DNA of 64,000 bases, taken from the NCBI RefSeq assembly GCF_009914755.1, contig NC_060932.1; one strand, 5' to 3'. Below are positions 43,450 to 56,499 of this stretch, piece after piece (positions within the stretch are counted from its first letter, which is position 1; every line of letters starts with the position of its first letter). The stretch comes from the human T2T-CHM13v2.0 reference genome, Homo sapiens. Below the pieces are notes generated by a model that was not told the origin of the DNA, searched no databases, and saw only the letters and a list, made by a program, of their open reading frames with translations. The position numbers and the translations under genes are program-made.

Positions 43450-44100
43450 CTGAAGGTCTCAAACTCAACATAAACAAAACATCTTGCTCCTTGCTACTCT
43501 GAATTGTTGATACCCCAATACAACACAATTCAGTAAAGGCACCATCAATGTAACTGCTCAAATTAACTATTGTGAGAAATTCTTAAATTGTCTTTATCTT
43601 ATTCAAGCAGTCAACTATGTAAGCAGATATTAGCATTTTTACCTCTAATATATATCCAGATTCTATTCACTTTTATTCATTTCAATTGCTAAAACCCATT
43701 TTCAAGTCATAATCATCTTTTTTCACAGAGACTAATATAATAGTTTTCTAAATAATCTCCATCTTTTATCCTCTCATGTGTTCTCTTCTGAACACTCAAG
43801 GTGATCTTTTAAAAAAGTGAATCAGTTATATTACTACCTTGTGTTAAACCCTCATGATAAATACAATTTAAACTCCATAACAAAACAAAAAAGACAAAGG
43901 TCTTTTACAATCTGATCTCTCTCTGAGCACTCTCATTCTGTCATCTAAAGCTAACCTCTTTTTGTTCCTCAAAACGTGCTAGTCATAATTCTACCATAGC
44001 ACCTTCATATTTGACATTTCTGAACGGAAAGCTCTTGAAACTGACTCTTTTTTGTCTTTCAGATCTTTACTCAAATGAGCATTCAGCCTTCTTGTCAATA
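43450..44100 (+). mobile_element. L2 fragment
   Basis: tctcaaactcaacat; tttacctctaatatatatccagattc; gtgatcttttaaaaaagtgaatcag; tcagatctttactcaaatg. Confidence 0.6.
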
Positions 44101-44179
44101 AGTTGGATTTTTTTTTTTTGAGGATGCATACATATCTTTAGTTCTAGGAAATATTCTTTTTTATTAATTATGTTTAACT

Positions 44180-45040
44180 CTATCTTGAAAATTAACAGAT
44201 ACAAAAGCATGTTATCATAATTTTATGGATTTTCACAAACCTGGCACACACACTCACATAATCAGTATCCAAATTGAAGAAACTGAACACTACTGGCACC
44301 CTTATTAACCTTACCCAGATCTCCAATTCTGTCACAGTCCACTAAATAGAAACCAAACACTATTCGGAATGATGACACCATATATCAGTTGTGTTGGGTT
44401 TTGTTTTAAGTTTATATAAATGGAATCTTATAGTGTGCATTTTCTACGATTGTCTTGTTCCCCTCAACATTCTTTGTGAGATCTAACCATTTTATTATTT
44501 CATGTAATTTTAGCTCTTTCATTCTCATTATTGCATAGCATTTAACTGTATGAATATATCAACATGCATTTTCCATTCTACTTTTAATTTGCATTCATAT
44601 AGTTTAAAATTGTAGGTAATTGTTAATAGTGTTGCCATGAAGATTCCAGAGTATGTCTTTTTATGGGCATATGAATATAAATGAGCTTTACTTTTCCTGG
44701 GAATTACATAAGAAAGGAATTACTAGGTCTTAAGTTATGCAAATGTTCAGATTCTCAGCTTCGGGAGACACTGCCAATAGCTTTTTAAAGCGGTGGTACC
44801 AATTTGCATTCTTCATGACTGTGTATGAAAATTCAGTTTGTTCAACATTTTTACCAATAGTTGGCTCTGTCTTGTCATTGTTACTGTTGTTATTCCTACT
44901 GAGGGTGTCATAGTAATGTATTATTAATTGAAATGACATTTTCTTGATGATTAATGGTTTTGAGCTCCTATCCATATATTCATTAGTCATTCAGGTATCT
45001 TCTATTCTCAATTGCCTAATTCAGGTCTTTTGCCCATTTG
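44180..45040 (-). mobile_element. Old L1M (L1MC/ME) 3' portion
   Basis: tttatataaatggaatcttatagt; aaggaattactaggtc; tttttaaagcggtggtaccaatttgcattc; caggtcttttgcccattt. Confidence 0.65.
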
Positions 45041-47286
45041 CAGGGGGAGTGGCTTAGTTAGAAGTTTTTTTTAAAAAAATAATATTTTAATATTTTATGT
45101 TTATTGAACATATAGTCACACAATTAAAAACTAAATAATTTTGTTAAAACAAAAGACATATTACAAGGGAAAAAATGGCAGAAATCTTCTCAATTTTATC
45201 TTTTTTTTCTCCCAGAGGTAACCAATTTCAACTCTTTTGGTAGTTGTCATTGGCCTTAGAGTTCACATTTCTAAAAAGCATGCTGGTACACTAATGAGTT
45301 TTTTTTTTTCTGTCTCTATGGCTGCATAGTGTTATTCAGTTAACAAATAATTATTTTCTGAAGTGTCAAGATAAATTTGAAGGAGAAGAATTAGAAGTAT
45401 GTGTTCAACCCACCATCTTGGCTGGAACTCTCAGTGTGATATTTCTGAGTATACTTTCATTGTATAAATGTATGTTTCTATTCAGATGCAGTATAGCTAT
45501 AACCTCCATTTTCTCTATCACTGGAACTCAGGCCTAGGTATGTCTAGTAGGTATGGACCAGTTATTTCATAGTAATTTATCTTCATTCAAAATTACTTAT
45601 TGGTGCAAGATTTGAGGCAAATTATGCCAATTATACTTAAACATAATAGTGCTTATGTTAATATAAAGTTGTGTTTATTTGCATAGATATAGACTGGCCC
45701 CATGTTTACCAAATATTTCCTTATTACAACATGCTATATGAGTCAACCTTATTATACTTAATTATTATGCCATGTTTTATTTATGTTGTCCTATTCTATA
45801 ATTAAATAAATACGTAATGCTTATTATTTAAAATACTGCCATGTTTACTTACCTCAACATCAATTATTTTAAACTGCCTGAACAGTTTTTGGGTAGTACA
45901 AACTATTTTATTATGTTTTTAGAAACTCATGTCTATCAGCCAGAGTAGAAAGTACATAATAAATTATTTAAAAATATTAATTAAATATGTTATATAACTA
46001 AAAAGTCTTTTTTAATGATCATAAAAATATTGATGTCATAAAAACACAACTCAATGTGAATCAAATATAAAACTAATGCTTGGAAGTGTAAGAGTCTATT
46101 CTTAATTTGTGTAACATTTAAGGTTTTACCTAACCAATGTGCATTTTTAGAAATTTAACCTACTTGCATTTTATTCTAGCTTTTTGCCTCCTCTCTAACA
46201 AAATATTTAGGATCCTATGTTCTTTTTCTTTAATAATATTTTAGATCAGACACACAACTAAGAAAACATCAAGAAAGATAAAAATATAGTATTTTTCAGT
46301 TTGGATTTTCATATCTTATGTCCTTCAGTTAGTCCAGTTTTCTTATCCATATGGATAAAAGCTGCTATTTTTATCTTCAGAATCTTGGGATACTTCAGAG
46401 AACAATTCTCAAACAACAACTTCAAACTGACAGACAGACTTCAAGGAACTATGCAGGATAGATGGGTGGCCAAATGACAAGCTTGGAAAGCTACAAGGGA
46501 GTGCTACCTGCTCCTCTCCGTCCATTCTTTGCTCTCTACTCTGAACTCCATGTCTTCCACCAAGGTTCACTTCACCACTGTGTCATTAAAATGTTCAGTA
46601 CCAATATGCAGACTGTCCGCAATGATAGGTATAAACTGTTCAAGAAGACACCCATTTCTAGCAAAATTTCTGACTCCTTTCAAAATAAAAATTGGCCCTC
46701 TTACAGTAATTTCACACTGATATATGGCAGGGATTAATCCAAAATGCCTGCATATATTCAGGATAGCTTTCCTGAGTTGATTGGCCTTTGACTGTGAAAT
46801 TTTAACTACAAAAATCAAGTTTATGAATCATATTTGTATGTACAAAGACATTCACTGTCAACTGACCTGTGAAAACATAAATCATATTACCAGTATGGGG
46901 ATTATTATTATAAAAGAAATCTTTATGTAGAGAAGAATTACTAATGAGTCAAAGCAAACTCTCCCTTTTAATGAACAATTCCTGAAATGTTTCATAATGC
47001 AGGAAAAATTCCAGTCTGTCTACAACCCTTTCCCTATAGCTCTGTGGTTCTGTATGATAATGAGGGAAATTTATTATTGCTATTTCTGAAAATCCTAACT
47101 GCAATAAAATATAAAAAATATTTAAAAATCAGTGTGAATATTCACATTTTGTATGGTTCCTAAATATTTAATTATTTAATATCTTCAAATAATCAGCACC
47201 TTTTCTTTATTTTTTGATGTTGCCTTATTTATGATTTTTGCTTGAAGCTAGGAGAGCTCTAAGTGGAAAGATATATTATTGTATTG

Positions 47287-47628
47287 CGGAGTCCCAAACC
47301 CCCAGGACGGGGACTGGTACCAGTCCATGGTCTGTTAGGAACAGAGCCACACAGCAGGAGGTCAGGGGCCTGCCAGCGAGCATTACATTATTGCCTGAGC
47401 TCCATCTGCTGTCAGATGAGTGATGGCATTAGATCTTGTAGGAACAGGAACCCTATTGTGAATTGTGCATGTAAGGAATCTAGGTGGTGTGGTCCTTATG
47501 AGAATCTAATGCCTGATGATCTGAGATGGAACAGTTTCATCCCGAAATGTTACCCCCGCTGCCGCCCATCCTGAAAAAATTGCCTCCACAAAACTGGCCC
47601 GTGGTGCCAAAAAGGCTGGGGACTGCTG
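47287..47628 (+). mobile_element. MER1B hAT-Charlie non-autonomous DNA transposon
   Basis: gtcccaaaccccc...ggtctgttaggaac...atgagaatctaatgcctgatgatctgag...gtgccaaaaaggctggggactgctg; degenerate 8-bp TSD ttgtattg/ctatattg. Confidence 0.9.
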
Positions 47629-48795
47629 CTATATTGTGTATTAAATCCTGATATTTTTATTTGATTCATTTCACTTTAAAGAGTCAAAAAAGAATAGACT
47701 TCTTTTATATTTTCAGAATTTCAAATACAAATTATAAATTAAATTATGAAAATAATAAATATTACTCCTAATATTTTTAATGTTATCAATTTTCAAAAAG
47801 CTTTAATTGAGAACCTGGGAAACGTTATATTTCATTTTGCTCTTGAACAGCTAATAATGTATAACAGGCTATTAATTTTTTTTTCTATTTTATCTTCCAG
47901 TATAAATTTCCTTTTTGTGAATTGAGTGAGTCAATTGAGGAAATAAATTATTTGACCTGGGTTATCTACACTTTGCCTCCAAAGCAGAAACTGTTGTTCC
48001 GTATCTTCAGGCTGCTCTTTTCTTTTTGTATTTATGCCAGTTAAAGTAGAGAAAGAAAAATGAAAACAAGAAAAATAAAATAAAGTTCACATGGGTAGAT
48101 GTCTATGGAAAATTAAATATCTAAGGATGCAAATTTATTTTTTTGCATGCATGTACATGTGAATGAATATAAACACAGTATATTGCATTTATATTCTATT
48201 CTGTTTCTTTAGGATTTAAAATTTACTATGTTGTACTATTCTTAAATTAAGATTTATTTAATGATGTTGTTGGATTTTGGAGGGGTTCTCCATAGAATAA
48301 CAGGCTCTCTTTCAGATTTTCTAAATTCTTTCCCCAACCACAACTCATCACAATTTTTGCAAAGGATTGAATGGAACATTAGAGACCTTCCAGAATATTT
48401 GTACTGATTAATTTTAAAGGTATAAGATGCTAGGAGAAAGATTATTTGACATGATTTCCTACTGAAATCTCTGTATTTGTGGATGCATAATCGAAAACTC
48501 TTTCTTTAACATGACACAGTAGCATTGCTGTTTGATTTGTCTTTAAATTCCTATATTTAAATAAACTGTGGCAGAAAAAGGAACTTCTGGTAGAGAAATC
48601 TGTTTACCTCCACATCCTCTGGATGCAATAGCAGGGCAGATAGCTTTTCTGTCTAGACTAAGATAAGTGATTTCTATCTGCCAAGTGAGTAGCAGCAGGA
48701 GGCTGAACATCATTATTTGATTTCCCAGATTGTCCCAAAGCTGCTGTGTTAAATGTCCAATCGAAACAGCTAACGTTTACAAGTGGTGAAGTTAA

Positions 48796-49122
<327 letters not shown>

Positions 49123-50449
49123 TAGTTTATAATATCTTATAGGATGTTCACATTACAAAGAAATTTCAAGGTGATACATGATGACAGGCGTTTACCGTTT
49201 GTGAGAGAAGAAAGTCTTTCTCTAATAACAACGTTCCTAAATTTTTTTAAAAAAATCAATTTTTGGATTGTAGTATAGATTGGCACTCCAAAGTCCTTTT
49301 CGTTCAGAATCCATTCTCCCTATCCCCCACCCCCGGCCTGCCCTGTCCCCCTCGCAATCCCGCTGTCCCACTGCTGCCCCCGTCGTACTTCCACCCCATG
49401 TAATTATATTCCTTGCTAGGTGGTGACCATTGAAGTCTCTTCTAGAAAACAACAAGGCCATGACCCTCCAAAATATACTTTGAAAACTTCAATATCCCAG
49501 ACATATTAAATAAAGATAGATGAATTTGCAACCCTAAAATCTGTTTTATTGACAAGCTATTATATTGACTTCCACACCTTGCTGAGTTAGAGAAGCACAC
49601 TGTAGTTCACTCTCTTTCCCAAAATACAAACTCCTCCTATGGTATCCTTAACAGAAGTTTGCCTTTCCTGTGTTTGAAATTGCAATAGATAATTTTCCAA
49701 GGGAGACTACTTCCTTATTAGACACGAGAACTATTTGGAGGTTCATTCTTCTCATAGACACTGTGCTTACTTCACTAATAAGTTTCAGCAATTGTTCTTA
49801 CTTTTGTCCTCCATAGAAGCTTAGCCAGGTTTCTTTCTTTTTTTTTTTTTACTTGAATGACAAGATAAAAGTGACTAAAACAATAACATTTTTAAGACGT
49901 ATGATAATACAAAATGCCCTTTCAGTGCATGAAATTGGTCAGCATAACTAGAAAACTATCTCTCTTCCAAATGTATTTGTGTTCCAAACCATCAAAAGAA
50001 CAGAAAGTGTGAGATATAGAGATATTGGATGACATATAATTCACCAGTCATTTGTATTTAAATGAAACTTCTGTTTCTTCCAAGTTTCTTAGACTAGATT
50101 TTAAAAAGTGCCATAGCATGAGAATATTTTGAAGGAAGTCTCAAAACGATGGTTTCAGATACAATTCTACATTATATATGGCTAAGTAGTTAATTTATTA
50201 AATATAAATGTGTTAATTTGGAAGACAGGTTATGGTTAGTAGGTCCTTTAATGCCATTTAAACTACTATTAATGTTATTTTTATTTGGCAGAAATCAAAT
50301 TATTTTGGTTAAAGGTATGGCAAAAATAAAATAAATAATACATATTTTATGAGATTCGTTTGATGAATTCTAACTATTGGAGGCTTGCTTTCTTCTGGGA
50401 TTTATAGACATCGAAGGAAGGAAATGATAAATAAAAGATTTATCTTAAA

Positions 50450-52600
50450 CTGTAGGTAGTACCAGGGCAGGGGTTTAGGTCTACTTTGTTCATTGATATA
50501 CCTCAACCAAATAGAATAATTCCTGGAAAATAGCAGATTCTCACAAATATTTTTGTTTGAAACCAAATTCAATAGTTATAACCTTACTCTACCTTCAAAC
50601 TAGTATAGCAGTTCAGCATGAAACTCATATAATTCATAGAAATATGAATTGCAGACGAAGGAAATCTCCCTATCACATGTCCACAAGGATGCCTCTAGAA
50701 TTAGAATATTGCTCACATAACTACGTTGAATGTTTACTTAATAGATATTTAACAAAAAATTACTATGTGGCACAACTGCTCTGATGTTGGGTTAAAATGG
50801 AGAATGTGCTACATCTAGATGCTTCTCTTAAGAAATTATGGTTTGGTTTAGGTAGATAGATAGGCAAAGAGAAAATCACAATAAATGCTAGTAAGTACTA
50901 TTTAAAAAGATTTATGTGAGACAGTGGTGGTTCCCTGTTCTCACTCATGATTTATCCTACATCTTGATAGAATGTTGCTACTGCTTAGCACTAGAGAATT
51001 TATTTTATTTTCTAAATATTAAATTATTATTTATTTTTCCAAAAACACATGAGGTCTTCTTAGCCCAATTCCAGGCTTAAATTTCTTAATGATTTCTTCA
51101 TATTAGCATGCCATATAAAGCTCTCTTTGTAGTGTCTTTGAAAATAATCTAGGCCCTGTTTTATTTAGTTAACAAGATATATATGCATCATTATTGGAGC
51201 ATCTACCATGCCACATCTTGAACAGCAGATGAATTTACATTCAGAGACACATGGATCATTAAAAGATTCTTTAACAATACTCCAACCTAAAGAACTCAAC
51301 TCTTTTACTTAATTAGTTTTTTGTTTGTTTGTTTGTTTTGCCCACTGGCAACTCTATCTGCCCTCACATCAGTACCTGAATACATAATCAATTCTAACCC
51401 TTCATCATTTAAGGACTCACTATATAGCATTTCATTTGGAGCTAGCAGATCTAGGTTTCTAAACTCAGCACCTTACCAGCAAATTATTTTATCTTTTCTT
51501 TGATAAATGGTAACAATGAGCTTGGAATAAGAATTCTGTAATTACTGAATTATCATAACATCATAGATTTGTTATGATTAGTCAAATTAATCAAATTTGT
51601 TAAATTAGATCACGTGTATAAAATATCCTGCTGCAAAACAACTGGTAAATAGTAGATGTTCAATAAAATGGTTCCATAAACACTTCTTTTACAGAATTAA
51701 AAAAAAATCTCTTCTTCCTCATTCAGCCATCTGCTATCTTTTTTCATATGAATCCCGACCCTTGGTATAACCTTGCTTTCTCTCCCATCACGACTTTGCC
51801 ACCACTAAGTTTGTACCTGTCCTATGGTTTTTACAACACTTCATCTTTTAGTATAATTGTTTGACTACCAGCATGCTCTCCTAGTTGCCCTTGAAAATAA
51901 GAAAAAGGCTTACTAGTATTTATATGATTTTGATATCTAAGAGAGTGTCTGTTCCATAGCAAATGTTTAAGAAGGGTTCAATAAGTGGATTTATTTATTG
52001 AATGCCTACTATTTTATAGATACCATGCTAATTTATAAATAAACACAAATGACACAAAACAGACAAGGTGCTAGACCATTCAGTGGTATAGACATGTACA
52101 TAGGCAATTGAAATAGAAGTTTTGTCTGAACTGAGATACAGTGCCTTTTGATTGGAAGCACTGAAGGAAGACTATATCACAAACTAAGTCAGGAAAAGCC
52201 TTTCTGGAAGAACGTTTGTCTATTTCTGGACCTAAGAATAAGCAGAAATCACACACACACAAAGATGAATATCTCCAGATGAAAGATTGGAAATGCAAAG
52301 ATATGTACAACAGGAAGAAAGCAGGACATACTTGGGACACCCTGGAGCAAGTTCACAGAGGAAAGTGTGAATCCAGTTTGAACATGTGCATATTTGTGGC
52401 ACCTCGAGGAATATATAGGGAGATGGAGACTCGATAATTGTATGAAGAATCATGAAGCCTCTTATTAATGTCTGTTGGGTGGGGCATAGCTATTTAGGTA
52501 TCAATGGCAATTGAAGCTTAGAAACTATCTAGGAGAACTGAGGAGAGTAAGGAAATAAAGGCTTTTGAGCAGAGCTTGAGGAAAAACCAACAATCAATGA
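50450..52600. mobile_element. Cluster of decayed L2 and MIR fragments in both orientations
   Basis: L2 tails (cacaaatatttttgtttgaa; atttattgaatgcctactatt; gaatgtttacttaatagatatttaac) and a MIR near 51430-51670. Confidence 0.5.
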
Positions 52601-53714
52601 AGAAACATTCTATAAAAATAAATAAAATATTATAAATATTTAAACTTTATGCATAATTTTATTTTAATACTAAAATGCCTTGTTCTCAGATCTCTCTTCT
52701 AACCTACCTTTTCAATTGTTTATAGTCTTATTTATTTTTACCAATACTTACTCAGATATTTTATTTGCATTTTCTCAAAAGAATTCATTCTAGTTATTTT
52801 CTGAGTGTTTTAGGTAGTTTACCCTTTAGGGAGAATGTACTAACAGTGCAGCAAGGTTGTGTTTAATAGGAGAATGGGGGTGGATAGGAGAGTTGGGAGG
52901 AATAGAGAAGATCAGGAATAAATTATGTAAGTAGAAATAGTAAAGGTCAACAAGATGAATTCATTTTTATAAAATATTTTAGAGCAGAATGATAATTTTT
53001 AAAAAATGACCAACATTGCTATCATTAATTTTGTGGGGACATCCAATGAAAACATATACTAACTGTTCATGGTGGCCAAGGCAAGTTTGCAAATTGAATT
53101 ATGAATGGAATTTCCAAAAGGGAAAATTTTTATGTTAGGGTATTTTACAAAGAGAGACAAGTCTTGTATTATTTCCAAGCATCTATTATTATATAATTCT
53201 ATATCATTTGTGGAGATTTAATTTATTTGACAAGAAAGAAGATCATTTTCTTTTTGAGAACCCAATCTTCTAGTCACTTGCAATGATCTACAAATTTAAA
53301 TGCGCCCAAATTGGTGTGTTCCATAGTTGAAATCATTTCCTATACTAGCACCAGGGTTAATTCCAGTGAGATAATATATTTAAAAAACCTGGAGGATTTT
53401 TTTTTATTATCTTATTGTTAGGAAGATGGTATAAAATATTATGTCTGGATTTAGAAAGCCATTTAACAAACATTTATCCTTGTGAATAAAATGGAGAAAT
53501 ATAGATGGAATAATAACAGAGTTAATTGAATCAATAGGAAGTAGGAGGTAAGAGTCCAAAGGATATTGGTTATTATTTGTTTCAGTAATAATAAATTAAA
53601 ATTAATAATTATTAAAATACCACATTTTAAGTGTTCACTATATACCATATACTCTGCTAAACCATTTATGTGTGTGAGGTATCACATAATGGCAACATGT
53701 GTGGAAAAGAGACT

Positions 53715-53935
53715 TTAGCTCACATGAGTCAAAAAATGTGATGAGCTTGCCAGAATATCTTATGGAGAATGAAGCTCTAAGAGTAGAGTATTTGCTTGAT
53801 TAAAAAGAGCATACTAATCCTTGGAGAACTGGAGTTCAGGTCTGGGCATTCTGCTTTTGAGAGATTTTGACACACTGGCCAGAGGTGTGACTGGGCCAGT
53901 GTGGGAATTCACAGCCATGCCCTGTAAAAAGCAAG
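53715..53935 (+). mobile_element. L3/CR1 LINE fragment
   Basis: atgagtcaaaaaatgtgatg...ctggagttcaggtctgggca...gagagattttgacacactgg...ccatgccctgtaa. Confidence 0.5.
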
Positions 53936-54304
53936 CAATTGCTGGTGAATTCCGTATATGCTGAGTTCTCTGGCAAGTATTCTTTATTTTAAAAATCAGT
54001 TAATGGGACACATTGCTACTCTCCCTGGGGCCCATCCCACTGATGAACATTACAGACAAGTTTTTTCCTCTGAGACAAGCAGCATATGGAGTGAAAACTT
54101 AATTAAAGCAGTGACAGAGCTAAGAGAAGGAAAACAGAGAAGGCAGAAGGAGATAGTGATGCAGAAAGATTGAGACAAGAGGAATAAAGAAACCAGGAGA
54201 GAGAATTAGAGACCTGCTGACAAGGTAGAAAATTCTGGTCTCTCACCCATATTTCCAGTGACAATACTTTCAGTGCCTGCCTAACAACATTCTTCTTGAA
54301 AATA

Positions 54305-55650
54305 TGTTCATTAGTCAGTTATTCACTGATATTTTCTGAGAATCAACCACTTCTCATCTATTATTCTAGGAGCAGGAATATAGCAGTGAATATGGGAGAG
54401 AAAGCCCTGGCTCTCCTGGAATGTATATTCTAGTGGAATGAAATAAAATACTTACAATTTTGTTTTTATTTATATTTTAAAGTGTTATATTCAATGCCTC
54501 ATTAAAAATGCATTGTAGAGAGGCCAACGTGGGAGCAGGGAAACTCAGCGAGATTATTGCAGTCACTCAAGACAAAGATAAACTTAGGACAAAAATAACA
54601 GTGAGGAGATAAAACTGTGAGTGGAGAGAGGTGGATGAGAAGTGAATGGATTTGGGATACATTTTATTGGTAGAGTAAAAATCTAGTGATGGTGGATATG
54701 AAGGGATGGGCTAGAGAATAAATAAAAGCAATTTCTAGAATTTTGGCTGGAGCAAATATGTAGATTGCAATGCCTTGTAGCAACAAGGATTAAAATTGGG
54801 GAAGAATGAAGGATAAACAAGGTCAAGGTTTAAGATACAGATTAGACATACTAGAGGAAATATAAAGTTAGCAACTGTTAAGTATGAGTTTGGAATTCAG
54901 AGTTATTCTTGGAATGAAGAAACATATTTGGAAACCATTGACTTGCACATGGTACTTACATTTTAGATAGAGAAAGTAGTGCAAGGCAGGCCTCAGGGAC
55001 ACTAACACTGAGTGGTGAAGCAGCAAATAATATCAAATGAGTCTGAGAATAAAAAGAAAAACCAGATGAGTGAGGGTTCCCAGAAACCAAGAGAGGGTGT
55101 TTCCAAAAGAAAAGAATCATTAATTCTGTCACATGCTGCTGAGAAATCAAGTAAGAAATTTAAAGGAGATAATTTACCATGCATTTAGAACCATATATTC
55201 ATTGGTTATCTGGACTCTGACAATTTGTGGAGTGATAGGAATTAAATAAAGTATGATTTAAGTGGATTTTGAGGAAAGAATGTGAGGAAAGAATTACAGA
55301 TATTTTTTTCAACAAGTTTAAAGACAAGCAAAGAACTTAGTCATAACTGTGCATTATGAGGGATTGATTTGATTTGTTTTCTGTAAAATCAGTGAGGCAA
55401 GGGCATGTTTGTGCACTTATGAACTGATGGAAACAATTATGTAGAATTGTCAAAATGCATGCAGTAGATAAGGGCTATCAGCAGGTGTGCAGTCATAAGG
55501 ATGAAGGTGAGGGGATGAGGCATACAGGTCAAGGGCAATAGTGAGCATGAGGTAGGAGCAGGAAGACCTAATGTATAGAGTGGGAGGAGGGAGGACACAA
55601 GAGGGCCACAAATGCTAAAAACTGAAGTATTTATGATCAAAGAATGTGAG
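54305..55650 (-). mobile_element. L2 fragment (~1.3 kb)
   Basis: Antisense L2 tail and body: ggatttgggatacattttattggtagag; ttttggctggagcaa; gagtttggaattcag; ctgtcacatgctgctgagaaatcaagtaag. Confidence 0.7.
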
Positions 55651-56499
55651 AGTTTCTTTTTATTTTAACGTGAGTTTGTTCCTTCATGACGGTAATTTTT
55701 CCCTCATGGCATAACCTGGGAAGTAGAGTTCTGTGGGGTTCTAAAGGGAAGAAACAAGGCTCAGTTTAAATCCCTTCTAAATCAAGAACTGGGGATTGCT
55801 CCAAAGAAGACCCACACAATTGGCCCTATTTACCTGAAGACTACTAATGAGCAAGAGACAGACCTGTTCCCCCAAATGGGCAATATAGTGAAGGAACAAG
55901 TCAGAGTGAAGATACATGGGTTTTAGAGTTTGAATAGGAGAAAGCAGCAGATAAAAGGAAAATGCTTTACTCTGTCATGAAAAAGAATTTCTGAATGGCA
56001 GCAGAAGGCAAAAATAGTATTAATGGCTGTGAATTAGAGGAAGAAAGATGTCAGTTGTCGTAAAGAAAACCTTAAATATAGACAGGTCATTAGTTTCAGC
56101 AGTCTACAAGTGTTCAAGTTAATATTGATTGATCTCATGGAGATTGAAGTTACATTTTAGAGACAAGCTTTATGTGGGTCTTAGAGAAAATGAAAAGGCT
56201 AACTCAAGATTTATTCTAATTCTCAGATTTCAGAGATTCTGTTATTATCAATACTAGGTTACCAAAAGGGCTCATGATAGAAGGAGAAATAATATTAATC
56301 ATCAGAATCTACACATTAATGGAATTATGCAAAAGAAAATGTCTTTATAAATTATAAATTTCTTTGTAAAGAAAGTGATTTTATTATTCAGAAATTATTT
56401 TTATATCATTACCTTTTGGGACACAGCAATTCTATGAATTTATATGGCAGTTATTATTATCACCAATTTTATAAATAGCAAAATTAAAGCTAAAAATTG

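Noticed and set aside
46380-46820. Overlapping 63-91-aa ORFs after an acceptor-like site in unique DNA
   Set aside because: No recognisable protein similarity, weak donor, and ORF lengths expected by chance.
49510-49830. Possible L3/CR1 remnant
   Set aside because: Too diverged to support without a profile search.
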